Shown: piece after piece, positions 13,588-25,823 of the stretch
Layout of the letters: each line of letters opens with the position of its first letter
Numbering within the stretch: position 1 is the first letter of the stretch
Assembly: GCF_037042905.1 (NCBI RefSeq)
Contig: NC_087250.1
Span: 6,822,001 to 6,886,000, forward strand
Source: Lytechinus pictus
Lineage: Eukaryota
Length of the DNA stretch: 64,000 nt
Direction of reading: 5' to 3'
Program-made: the position numbers and the translations under genes
Notes under the pieces: model-generated
Databases searched by the model: none
The model's input: the letters and a program-made list of their open reading frames with translations, nothing else
What the model was told of the DNA's origin: nothing

Positions 13588-14670
13588 GCAACACCCCCCC
13601 CCCCCCAAGAAAAAAAAAATGTCCAAGCCAAGGCAAGGTCAAACATGAGCGTGAACACCCATCGACAGACGCAACAGCCGACACCCATTCCAATGCAATG
13701 CTTCTCAAGACTCGACTGTATTTTTGTCACCCATAACAACCCAAACCACAAAAAATTAAGGCACACTCTCACACAAATGTTCGCATATCACACTGACTTA
13801 ATTCGGTAATTAAAGACTACGGTCAGAAGAAAGACAGCTGAAACTCGGAACGCCGCTCAGCCGAGTTCCATCCCATACAGTCCAACACAAGGTACTACAC
13901 TACCGTGTACTACGCCGAAGCTCCGGGATAGCGACCACTCAGCATCTCGATGATGCCTCCACGATATCCCCCGGCAAAATGCAAGTTTAACTCGTAGAAA
14001 ACGATGGAAATATGACATTTACTATCAATCTCATTCTTTCCGAAGTAATTCGTTTTATTACTATATCAAATGATGTAATAATTGAATGAATACGATAATT
14101 GAAAAGTACTTTCATCTCCGATTCAAATTTTACATAAATTTTGTCACCAACAAAATTTTATCGCAGACGACGTGTGTGAAGAAAAAACCCGGCCGTGAGC
14201 TGCATATCAGGCTCGTTCGCGAACTTTTTTTCAGATATTTATTGTTATTAACGATAACAATTTGTTATTGGTTTTATGAAACGGATATTTGCAACTATGA
14301 CAAGTTGCCATTGCAATAACAAGATTTGCCATAGATATGGGAGATGTTACAGTTGCAAGTCAAAAATTGTTTGTGAAACGGGCCCCAGGTCTATGAATGT
14401 ACGTAGTGGCTGTTCTATTAAGCGATCACACCCCAACTGTGTTTCCCATCGTGAAAGCACTCCATTGCCGCCGGTAGTACACTTTCCGAGTTCAAACAAA
14501 TTTCTAAGTTCTGAACATGACCCTGAGTCGACGACTTCAAGTCAGTTGACTCAGGGTCGACTTTCATGTGTGTATCTCCATTGCTGCATATAATCAAACT
14601 AAATGAAGAATAGTCAAAGAATGCTCAAATATTCCACTTTAACGGGGGACATACTTCGTTATTTCATCGT

Positions 14671-14714
<44 letters not shown>

Positions 14715-14799
14715 TTTATACAACAATAATAACAATGATGATAATAGATGTTATAGTATCAATGATGACGATAATGATAATGATAACAATATTGATAAT

Positions 14800-15066
14800 A
14801 GTCATGTAAATAGCGCAATCGATCTAGAAATAATCTATTCTGAGGCGTTTTAATATTACCTCGGCTAAAGCTCGAGTTGACCTTTTTGCTGTGGGGCATG
14901 CATACAGTAAATTGATAATTCATTTTAAGTAACCGTTCAATTCACCTGGGTTGAGCGCAGCACAATGCGGGTAATTTATCGTCAAAGGAAAACAAGTCAT
15001 GGCTGGGATATGAACCCACGTCCCTTTGATTGAAATACGAGAGTCGTAACCACTAGACCACGAGCT
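14800..15066 (-). mobile_element. tRNA-derived SINE (degenerate)
   Basis: Minus strand reads GCTCGTGGTCTAGTGGTTACG (A box) ... GGGTTCATATCCC (B box), then TGTGCTGCGCTCAACCCAGGTGA core and an A/T-rich trinucleotide tail. Confidence 0.8.
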
Positions 15067-15278
15067 TGAATAGACACATGCTTGGGGACGTTCTCAAAAC
15101 TAAAGTTAAGCGTTAATATCAACCCAAAGAAACAGCCCCCTTCCCCCCCAAAAAAAAAAAAAATAAATAAATAAAATAAAAAAATAAAAAAAACGCGTGA
15201 CGGAAAAAAAATATATAAGTACATTTTTGTTTCGAAACTCGACCCATTTCACGAATTGAAAGCTATTAATAAAACAGT

Positions 15279-15363
15279 CATCATCATCATCATATCAGCC
15301 ATGTTCAGCCCACTGCAGGATGAAGTCCTCCTAAAGTTGATGCCAAATGTGCTTGTCTTGTGC
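15279..15363 (-). mobile_element. RTE-like LINE 3'-end fragment
   Basis: Minus strand encodes AQDKHIWHQL*EDFILQWAEHG* followed by a (TGA)n tail, resembling RTE-clade ORF ends. Very short. Confidence 0.55.
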
Positions 15364-15522
15364 CGATGCCGATAAAACAGTATCTAACTTATAATGAAAT
15401 GCCTCCCCCCCCCCGACCGGAATTCACCCCCAACATTTTTTTTGCGATAAATCTGTAACTGAAAAAGCCAAGGCCACGTCGTTCAATGACTTATTACTTT
15501 CAGGTCACGCACAGCTTTTGAG

Positions 15523-15555
<33 letters not shown>

Positions 15556-15557
<2 letters not shown>

Positions 15558-18500
15558 AGTGGACCTTAATGTTTGTCATGTTCGTGTAACTTGTTTACCT
15601 TGGATTTCTATTGTTGTTGTCCACCAGTGAAAATCTACATTTCAATTTTTGGACTATAAATCATGTGAAATTAAATGTTCAGTTTTAATTAGATTATTTA
15701 AAACTCTTCAATTCATGCTGTTACACAATTTTACATTCTGTGCCTTACTCGAATCCATGGAAAAAAATCACCCTATGTAATGGCTATGCCGCTACACTAG
15801 AGCATCTGAAGATGTTTACCGGACTCTTTAATATGACGGCAGAAAAATGATATCTCCGAGATTATACAGTTGCTATCAGGGGCAGCGTAATGGCGGGCGG
15901 AGTCAGCTAAAAGGAGGGGGTAATCATAAAGGAAATCACGATCAGGGCTCCGTAACACAAAGCTAAGTGATGCATAACAAATATGAAAGAACATTTCTGA
16001 TTGGTTCCCGGTCAGTATTTTGAAACAAATGGGCGTGTAACCTTGATCTTGATTGGTCATTCCATTAGCGATTGATCGCTAATCTCTGTGTTACGGAGCT
16101 CAGATGTCAATTCATGAGAGTCACGGCAACGTCCAGTCGGTTACATAAAAGCCACTGCAAAAATTTGCTCTAAATCTGGATTTTAGCCACGCTCACATCT
16201 CCTTTTCTATATGTTTACATCTATATGTTCACTGTGACTATTGTGATTACTATACGTGACTTCTACAACGAACTCCATTTGGAGAAATTTAAGTGGAACT
16301 TCAGCGTCAAGTCGTCTGCCAATACGAAGTAAAGGTAACGTGAATTACCCGTTACACCACCCGGCTAGTTACCCGTGTTTTGTTCTTGCTGTAACATATA
16401 TGTACTACGGGGTTTCGAAGTATACTCCTCTTTTGTTACCGTGAAGCCATTGTTCTGTTCGTATTGTGCTACTTACCTGTTACGTATTAAACATGTCGTT
16501 GAACTTGTTCTACGTTCTCGTGCATATCCTTGCCGTACTTGTATGTTCACGTGAAAACTATGCTTTACGTTTTGATGTCCCATCCCTTCCAAGCCACGTA
16601 TGGACAAATTACAACGATGAACTTTCAGATATACTCGAGCCCTTACATTTTGAATTAGGTTCTGAAAGTGTTTCTCCCAAAGTAGCTGGAGAGCAATTTT
16701 CACATCTGCTAACAACCTTCCTGTCTAGCAAAAGTGAATTCACACGTGAAGAAAGGGAAAGTCGGTTCCAAAGTCATGTACCAAAAACACTCTCAGAGGC
16801 TAAGAAAAAGAAGAATGAATTGCGGAAAAAAGCATTTGGTAGACATGGTACGGAAGAAGATAGGAAAGCGTTTCAAGAAGCTGTCAAAACAGTGAGCTTC
16901 TTAAACAAAATAAAGCGAAGAAATGACGAGCGTAAGCTCACATCACATCAGGAAAAAATGTTCAGGAGTAACTTTTTTGACTTCGCGAAAAAATGTTCAG
17001 AAGGAAAGCTACTTTCCTCCCAACAGAAACCTCAGTTCTCAAAGGAGGAAGCTGATAAGTTCTTTCTATCTAGATACTCTGAGCAATCCCCATTAGACTT
17101 TTCACAATTGAACTGGTTCCCCTGGTTACCCGATAGATATGATACGAGTTTTGACATGAATGCTATTAAACCTAAAGATATTAAAAACATCCTCCGGGCA
17201 AAGAAATCCAAATCAGCCCCTGGAGATGACGGTATTATGTATGGAATACTGAGAAATCTTCCGACTACGCACAGATTTATGGCCACAATGTTCACCAAAA
17301 TACTCACTGAAGGGGACCCACCCGAATGCTGGAAAAACAGCAGAATAACTCTCCTACACAAAGGTGGCGACACTAAAGACCCATCAAATTTTCGTATGAT
17401 AGCTCTTACCTCCTGCGTAGGAAAGTTATATCACCAGATCTTAGCCAGCAGAACTATAAGTTATCTCCAAGCTAATAACCTAATCGATACCACAACCCAA
17501 AAGGCATTTCTTCCCGACGTTAGCGGATGTATAGAACACTCGAGATGCCTTACGGAGATCATCGCTGATGCCCGTCATAGGAAGAGAACAGTTCATGTAA
17601 CATTTTTCGATCTCGCGGATGCGTTTGGATCTGTGAATCACGATTTGATAGCTCATACCCTTGAACGAAATGGGATCCCACCTTCGATTATAAGATATGT
17701 TAAAACTCTGTATGATGGACTTAATGGTTATGTTCAAGGACCGGGATGGAAATCATCTAGGTTTCCTTTTAAAAAGGGAACTTTTCAGGGAGACCCATTT
17801 TCTCCAGTACTATTTATCATGGTATTTGACCCTATAATAAGTTTCCTTAAAACGTTTGAAGATTCTCATGGATATGAATTGAACGGGCATAAAATTATAA
17901 CACTACCATATGCTGACGATTTTATTCTTGTTACAAATCACAAAACAAAACACCAGAAGCTAATGAACGAAATCTCAAGAATTGCTAGATCAATGAATTT
18001 CTCTTTAAAACTACCTAAATGTAAATCGTTGTCAATAAGTAGTGGTTCAATGAAAGAGGTAGTCTTTCGAATTGATGGCACCCCCCTTACTAAGGTTAAA
18101 GATTCTCCTGAGAAATTTCTTGGTACATGGGTCACAGGTTCGTCTCATGGCTGCATGAATATGATAAGAGATAAAATAGAAACAACCTTAAACAACATAG
18201 ATTCTGCATGTATCCGTCCAGAGTACAAACTGAAAATATACACGAAATATTTTCTTTATGCAATTAAATTCCTGCTTTCTGTGCATGACCTCACTAAGAC
18301 GCAAAGATCCAGTCTTGACAAGTGCAGCTCAAGATTCTTAAAGAAGTGGCTGAATATGCCACAAGGGGCAACACTTGCAATTATTCACTGCCAACAGGGT
18401 ATGGATATTCCTACCATCTCCCAAGTCTATAGCGAATGTCATGCACAGACAGTAGCACATTGCCTTATTCGTGCTGATGAAAGAGTCAAGGCCGCTATGA

Positions 18501-20232
18501 CGGCATGTATAGTAAGAGAAGAGTCTTACTCTAGGAAGACGTATGGTAATACTGATGCTAGAGATATGGTAAATATTGCAATGAATACCACGTCTGATAG
18601 AAAATGGTCAAAAGTGAAATCGAATATCACATGTGCTGTTAAAAATAAATGTCAAGATATATGGACCGATAAGGTTGAGGGATTGCTGCTCCAAGGTAAA
18701 TTCTTGGAGCTCATGAGGCTTGAGCAGGAAGATCTTACCTGGAAAAGTATTATATACGACCTACCATCCAAAGTTCTTAGTTTTGCAGTCAGGTCTTCTA
18801 TTGACTGTCTCCCTACTTTTAGGAACCTTCAAAGATGGGGTAAAAAACTATCGGCAAATTGTAAACTGTGCGGAAATAAACAGACCCTCCTGCATGTTCT
18901 AAATGGATGCAAAATCATGTTAGAACAAGGTCGATACACATGGAGACACAACAGCATTTTGAATGCGATATACGAGTGTCTTCAGTCATCATTATCGGGA
19001 GATTACACTCTCCGAGTAGATCTTCCTGACAAAGCCAATCAACCCACAATTCCTATGAATATTCTACCGACTCCACTAAGACCCGATATTGTTCTTTCAT
19101 CTGTCCAAAATAAAGAAGTCATTGTTGTTGAGCTCACAGTTCCATTCGAACAAAACATTGATTCACGTCATGTGAACAAATGCAATAAATATGCACCTCT
19201 AACTAATGACATTGTTGACCAGGGATATTCATGCAAACTTTTCTGTATAGAAGTAGGTTCAAGAGGTTATGTGTCTAAGCAAAATAAAGTTAGAATCAAA
19301 TCATTACTCAAAACGATGAAACTAGGGAAGAAAAACAAAATGATGTTGAATAGAATAAGCAAGCTGAGCATCATGACTAGCTATTCTTTGTTCCTTGCAA
19401 AAGACCAACCAACTTGGACCGAGCCCCCATTGCTCAGTGTCCCGGAAAACAACCAAAGCTAGTCTACTTTATCTGCTTGATGATTTTGACCCTTATAAAA
19501 AATAAGTAACTCCACTTTTTTTTCTCAAAATATAGGTATTGTGATCTCTAAATTATAATCTTTATCAAGAGACGTTGATGAAACAATCACATGTATACTT
19601 ACCGTCTAATAATAACATACATAGAATGTGAATCATTAAAACAATATATTTAATTAAATCAATGGATTATCTGTAAATATGTATAACTTCCAAATGTCAA
19701 TCAGGATAAACAACTTGAACTTTTTCTTTTTACATTTATTAGTCTGTCATATTTTAAAATATCATAATTGCAATAGTTCACATAATGGAAATATTTATCA
19801 TAACAAGATTCCATGAATTTGAATAAGTATACGTAACACTGTTTTAGTTGTGGCGATGCGTACCTGTATTATGAATGTATATATATCTTCATCACAAAGT
19901 GATGGTTTCAATTTTGTACTTTCCTACTGTCTGGCCCCCTCTTAATCTCTCTTTCATTGAGACTGTCACCTTTCTTTTTTCATTTAACATGCTTATCACT
20001 TTCTGCATACTCTACGTTATTCCATTTAGTCAAGTATATATTCAGCTTTCGTATGTAATGTAAATTATGTGTTAACTCTTATGTATTGTACCTTATGAAT
20101 TGTACCTTTTCAATCAATATCATGTATCATCACCCTGCCTATTGCCAGTGAAGGGGAGTTTGTCCCATCATCACTGGCAGAGGACCTGGGTTTATTGTAA
20201 CTTCTCTATTTGATTATGAAATAAAGATGATT
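15556..20232 (+). mobile_element. RLE-type non-LTR retrotransposon (Hero-like), apparently full length
   Basis: Single long RT-RLE ORF; (TA)n tracts at ~15527-15555 and 20233-20242; AATAAA at 20220-20225; stem-loop at 20132-20191. The 5' boundary is inferred from the microsatellite only. Confidence 0.8.
16493..19462 (+). CDS. Reverse transcriptase - CCHC zinc knuckle - restriction-like endonuclease polyprotein (989 aa from first ATG)
   Basis: RT motifs SAPGDDGI, FRMIAL, FFDLADAFGSV, GTFQGDPFSP, YADD, KFLG; CKLC-x8-H-x4-C knuckle; RYTWRHNSIL; RPDIVL...VELTVPFE...KY and IEVGSRG (PD-(D/E)xK-type RLE). No stops or frameshifts. Confidence 0.95.
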   Translation: MSLNLFYVLVHILAVLVCSRENYALRFDVPSLPSHVWTNYNDELSDILEPLHFELGSESVSPKVAGEQFSHLLTTFLSSKSEFTREERESRFQSHVPKTLSEAKKKKNELRKKAFGRHGTEEDRKAFQEAVKTVSFLNKIKRRNDERKLTSHQEKMFRSNFFDFAKKCSEGKLLSSQQKPQFSKEEADKFFLSRYSEQSPLDFSQLNWFPWLPDRYDTSFDMNAIKPKDIKNILRAKKSKSAPGDDGIMYGILRNLPTTHRFMATMFTKILTEGDPPECWKNSRITLLHKGGDTKDPSNFRMIALTSCVGKLYHQILASRTISYLQANNLIDTTTQKAFLPDVSGCIEHSRCLTEIIADARHRKRTVHVTFFDLADAFGSVNHDLIAHTLERNGIPPSIIRYVKTLYDGLNGYVQGPGWKSSRFPFKKGTFQGDPFSPVLFIMVFDPIISFLKTFEDSHGYELNGHKIITLPYADDFILVTNHKTKHQKLMNEISRIARSMNFSLKLPKCKSLSISSGSMKEVVFRIDGTPLTKVKDSPEKFLGTWVTGSSHGCMNMIRDKIETTLNNIDSACIRPEYKLKIYTKYFLYAIKFLLSVHDLTKTQRSSLDKCSSRFLKKWLNMPQGATLAIIHCQQGMDIPTISQVYSECHAQTVAHCLIRADERVKAAMTACIVREESYSRKTYGNTDARDMVNIAMNTTSDRKWSKVKSNITCAVKNKCQDIWTDKVEGLLLQGKFLELMRLEQEDLTWKSIIYDLPSKVLSFAVRSSIDCLPTFRNLQRWGKKLSANCKLCGNKQTLLHVLNGCKIMLEQGRYTWRHNSILNAIYECLQSSLSGDYTLRVDLPDKANQPTIPMNILPTPLRPDIVLSSVQNKEVIVVELTVPFEQNIDSRHVNKCNKYAPLTNDIVDQGYSCKLFCIEVGSRGYVSKQNKVRIKSLLKTMKLGKKNKMMLNRISKLSIMTSYSLFLAKDQPTWTEPPLLSVPENNQS

Positions 20233-20425
20233 TATATATATACAATTAATGTCCTAAACGAATGTGGGGTGTTGTCCCGCTCCCTGTTGCATACAGGTTT
20301 ATACAATTATGATATTTTTGCCATCCAATGTAAATCCTTGATTTTGATTGGTTGATGATCAGCGTTACCATGGTAGTAACCTTTGGTTATTTTTCTGCAA
20401 CGGGGTTTTGATACTAAATACAAAT

Positions 20426-20487
20426 ACAGATTAACAGGGGTCGTAGGTTGTTAATAAAATAACAACCTACGACCCCTGTTAATCTGT
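20426..20487. repeat. Perfect 28-bp inverted repeat with 6-nt loop
   Basis: ACAGATTAACAGGGGTCGTAGGTTGTTA-ATAAAA-TAACAACCTACGACCCCTGTTAATCTGT. Confidence 0.97.
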
Positions 20488-20944
20488 TATTTCATTTTGC
20501 ATGCATTGAAATTTCCCATACCTTGGGGTATTGACATGTACATTTGGAGAGCAATGAAAACGCCCCTTTTGTGATAATTGAATCAAGCAGTTAAAACGCA
20601 TTGTTTGGAATTGTCCTGTTATTTAAAAATCATATATCATAACATAAATTGGCAATCATAAAACGTTTTAGTTGGGGATATTCAATAATGAATTTAAAAT
20701 TCCTTACGGGAACGCTTAATTTGTATTTCCGTTTTTCCAGCATTTTCTTTATAATTTATTTCTTTATGCTCCTTTTGCTTGTCATGCAGAAAATTATAGA
20801 TAGGAATGTGTATTCAGAAGTATGATATCCCATTTTCTTTTTGTTTAACCAGAAGCCAATTTTGTTTCTCCCTGAGTAGATATATAAGTCTTGTAGTGTA
20901 TCAATGACAGATTGAATAATTGAAATGTATATATTATCATAGGG

Positions 20945-21251
20945 ATGATGGCGACTCATAGTGGAACTACCGATGATCTTCTCTCCAAGTTGGCTGAAGA
21001 CATCGAGACGGGTGAACAGATGGAGGGCTTAGGACGATCACTTGGATTCAAACATGCAGCTGTCAATAGATACACAGAGACCAACAACAAGGGAGACCGG
21101 GCCACCTGTAAGGGAACACGTGACATGCTGTTTGACTGGAGACAGACCGTGGAGCCAGCATTTCAGCATTCCAGGCTGAAACAAGCTCTCATTGATGCTC
21201 ATCTAGTCATGCTTGCTAAAACTCATCTCGAAGGGGTTTCAAGTACTCCAG
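20945..21251 (+). CDS. NLR gene exon: Death domain
   Basis: LSKLAEDI...MEGLGRSLGF...DMLFDWRQ...LKQALIDAHLVMLA is a death-fold pattern; acceptor AG at 20941-20942; donor CCAG|GTACAT, phase 1, joins in frame to 30407 (G|AT = Asp). Confidence 0.88.
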
Positions 21252-24200
21252 GTACATATATATCATTGGAACTGTTTCCATACCTTCCTTTTATCGACAC
21301 AGCTACATATATCCAATAAGCATATATCCAATTAGCATATCATCGGATCTAATCCAGCATATCCAGGAATTATTTTAGTATAGATATTTGATAATACTAT
21401 GTGTATCGGCCGAGACCACCGTTTAAGAACGCTAAAGAAGGTCCCATTTCCCCGTTCCAGAGACCCTAAAATTTGGGGGTTTTTGTTCCAGTGCACATTG
21501 ACAAATTGCCACTGACTGCGTTCAACCATGGACCTATGAAGAGATGGACATTCATCGCTTAGATAATGAATTCACTAACAGGTGACGGTAATTGTCATCT
21601 GAATAACATTCTCTTCATACTAGTCTTCTTTGGTCCTATGATCGTCACCGTGAGAAGGGACTGAATTAGTTCGTGATTGGACATTTATATTTCACAAATT
21701 ATATGCGCAGTTGATAGAAAATCAATGAAATAATGGATAATCGATGTGCAGTTTTTGTTTACCTTTGTTAATCTTAGTTCCATGTGTTTTATTTGGGGAA
21801 ATGTCTGCATATTTTAATATAGAGGCAATATCGTGATTGATTGTTTACTATTTAAAATTCAATTTTCCCAAGTTTCTCCATAATATTCCAGATATACGTG
21901 GCACATAACATGTGTAGATCGTGTATATTTCAATGTTATTGAGGTCCTTATGTGTTAGCGGTAGTTAGCGGATCGAATAATATCATATTTTATATCATAA
22001 AAATCGTCTGCTTCTCAAGTTTGCTGATCCATATATGAAGCATATTGACTGAAAGGCACATACTGAAACAGGGGATCAGCCAACAAAAATCAAGACCGGG
22101 AAACTGTTCCGTCTTTGAGTGATCAGATACCCTTGGTAGTCATGGTAATTGCTATTGTTACAACACCTGTATGTTCTCATTAAGATGCGCATAACCAGGT
22201 GACGGTGACTATCATTGGGTCAAAGAAATGCTCGCGTTAATCGTCCATCTTTTCATAGGTCCATGGTTCAACAGACAGCTGAAGCTCTGCACACGATTCG
22301 GATACCGCTGATGGATTCATCGCGCAGAAACATCATGACCAATTTCATGCATATCATTGCAACGCTCCGAATCATTAATTTCGTGCCACTCCAGAGCATT
22401 GCATTTTTAGCAATCGTTGGCCCTAGAGCAGTTTTGGAGATCCCATTTTAAAACCAAAGTTTAGTTCCAGAGCCCCCTATTTTCGTTTTTGGTGCGGCAC
22501 ATAGGTATCAAGATATACATGTAATTTGCCCGGGGGGGGGGACGTAGTAGGCCCAATGGTTGACTGGAAGTAAATGTCAACGCAGTGAATACTTACGTTC
22601 GTCCAGTGGTAAAGTTTTGAATTTTTAAAATGCATAAGTACATCTAAAGGGAAGGAAGTCATGATGAACATGACAATAGTATGAAATAATGTGCGACTTT
22701 CATTACACGCAAGCAGCGCCTGGAGTATTAACGGCTTTGAGGGGGCTAGTCGACCTACATACAATTGTTGTTTCTCTCCCTCAAATGGTTTTATGCGTAA
22801 CAGGGAATTGCAAGACACAAACCTCTCTTTTTTATTTTCTTTTTTTTTCTGTACTCCCTCTTCTATTTCTTCTATTCTCATGTGCATGTCCAATATTTGA
22901 ACCATCATACTAGGCCTCTGACTACGACAATGCAGGTTCTGCTGTATTAATATGCATGATGCTATATAGAACATTATACTTATTTGCCTTATTTACAAAG
23001 TGTACGCAGGGCCGTAGCCAGAAGCATTTTGTTGGGGGGGGGTGTACTAGCTGAATTTGCCAACTAAATTTGGCGTGACAGCACCAACGTGAGCACAGGG
23101 GGAGTCTGATGGGGGATGTGCCCTCCCTACAATAATCACATGCTAAAAGATTTAGCATTTTTAGAATTGAATTAGTGGCATTTGGTGAATACTTTAAGGT
23201 AAATTATACAAAGATATTTGCACTGTAAAAATAAACATTTTGGATCAAAATAGAAAGACTAGTGTGCCGTAGATGCTAACTTGCAGTATAATGATATACC
23301 CTATGCATTAATAATATCAAAATCAAAGATTTGTTAATTTTTAATAGCCTTTCTGTGCAAGAAGTCTCAACTAAAATTTCAAGAGTGCTACTGCTAACAG
23401 AGGCGTAACGTGGGTCACGGCAATGGGGGGCATCAGAAAAAAAAAATTGAGTCATTAAGTGGGCGCGCGAAGCGCGCTTAATTGCCAGGTATACTGACCT
23501 AATTGAGACATTTTAAGGACTGTGCCATTCAATAGATATGTATCTTAGTGATCAAATAATGCGAGCGCGAAGCGCGAGCTAAAACATTTTGATATTCAGT
23601 CTTAAAAAGGGACATTATTAGAAAAGTTTTGTAATCATGATACATACCTGTCTCACAAAACAAACAATGTGAGCGCGAAGCGCGAGCTGAAATTTGTTGT
23701 ATAACTTGACCCTAAAAAGGGACATTTTACATCTTTTGGAATTGCGTACGTATCTCATCATAGTCATCCAATGCGAGCGCCAAGCGCTTGCTTATTTTGT
23801 TAGAATTACACCTTAGCACCTGAAGCACTTTTTGTGGTCATTGTAATCATGAACATGATATGTATTTCACTAATGTAATATTGCAGCCGAAAAGCGGGAG
23901 CTGACAATTTTTGAAATTCAGACCTGAAGAGGGGCATTCTATGGCTTGTTTGTAGGAATTTATTATTTCACTAATCAAGTGATGAGAGCGCGAAGCGCGA
24001 ACTGAGTATTTGTTATAATTAGATCAGAAAATTTTAAGGACTGTCTTTAAGAATTCGTGCACTTCAAAAACGCCGGTGTTGATTTAACACCAGCCCGGTA
24101 TCTATACACAACAAAAAAAGTAAGCCCCCCCTTAAACAAACATCAATAATTTCCGAACCACTGCGAGTTTTTAATATATTTTTACATGAGCCTGTAGGTA

Positions 24201-25823
24201 ATTTTATAAGCTACCCTCTGAGTAAACGTTATGGACGTATTTCACTTCATGCTTCAGTGAGCACCGTCAGAAGGCAATAATGTCACTTGTCAAAAGTCAC
24301 AAGCCAAATATCATGACTTTGATTCCATTTTATTGGAACTCATTCCACATTCTCATCATAAAAAATAGTCAGAAGGCTTGTAAAGGGTACTCTCTAAAAG
24401 ACGATACAACTTGTTTGGCTAAATTTCACGGTTGAATAAACACAAGTCCAAATTTGCTATAATTGGATTTTTTTACACATTTATATCAATAAAAATGATA
24501 TAATATGATGACAGTTATTTTTGGAAGAGTTTCTTCAACAATATTCATCGTTTCACGGTTCAATGAACATTTATTGAAAACAAAAAATACGATTTTCAAA
24601 TATAATAGGCAAGTATTGGTTCACTTTGGGAACTGAAAATGATCTTTTCTCAACTTTTTCGTTATGTTCATGACCAATTAACATGCTTCAATGATTCAAA
24701 GGCGTTTAATTAAATATCCACGCTTGAATGAACATGTGGAATGCGATTAGCTATTTTTTTACGTTATTGGAAACAATGCAATTTGTTACTATGGATATCT
24801 GTCACAAACCTCCTTGCATAGTTCATTTGATTTGATTTTTATGAAAATCCCGATGTTTAATGCATCATTGAGCACACAATATTCGAAAATTATGCAAATG
24901 AGAAGAAAGTTCACGGCCTTGGCCCCACTCTGTGTAGTATCGAATGGTTATTTTGGTGTGCGTGCCTTTTGGATAGTGTTACTCTGAAGCCATGTACGAA
25001 GTTTTATGAAATAACTATTGGCAGAACTAACAAAAACCGTCCATGAAACGAACCCTCATTTCATATTTGTTAAAATTTTGACTTCGTCTCTCATAGACTT
25101 GTGTACATTATGGGTGCACATGTTTAAGAATAAGTAACCCCTTATTCAATATGGTGGAACTTTTTTTCACGGCTGTCTTTAGCAATGTCATTTGGCAGTA
25201 ATGTTTATCAATCTATGGGCGGAATTCTGTGCAAAAATGAAATCGATTTGTTTATTTATGGATGAGTGAGCACGCATCAAAGTGGGAAAATTTGTATTTT
25301 CAATGTCACAGACTCATTTTAAAGGGTAATAAAGTGAATATTGGGGGCAAATTCGGTTTCAAATAAGACTTTAATTGCTATTGTTTTTATCATCCATCAT
25401 TTCTATCACCACACACTTTCCGAACTTTAAACATTTTCATGGTTGAGCGAGCACATTCGAAAACTTAGGAATGAATACTCTTTATACTGCATAAATGTAT
25501 TCTTTTCCTAACAATTTCTCATGATCAGTTTAATTTATGGACAAATCAGTGGTGGGTCCAGAATTTTAAAATGGGGGACGGGCTTATAATCGGGGGAGCC
25601 ACCAACATTTTCAAATTCTAACATGATCTAACAAGTTGCAGAGGATACTACCATAAACCCCTATGATGATACGTCACAATACAGGGGCCGGGGAAGGGTT
25701 TTCAAAGTGGGGGGGGGGCTGACCATGCAAAAAATCACAATCGTATGGTTATTTTTACATTTGTTACATGCTTTTGGAAAAAAGTGGGGGGGGGGACTGA
25801 AGCTCCCCGCCCATCCCCCGCCC

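Noticed and set aside
15556..15800. HDV-like ribozyme at the 5' end of the RLE element, as in R2
   Set aside because: No nested double-pseudoknot pairing could be found by eye in this AT-rich sequence.
1..20940. 2A-like (DxExNPGP) leader exon for the NLR
   Set aside because: No such motif in the ORF track or by eye; QPGP-like strings near 9100 come from the satellite. A formal six-frame search was not possible.
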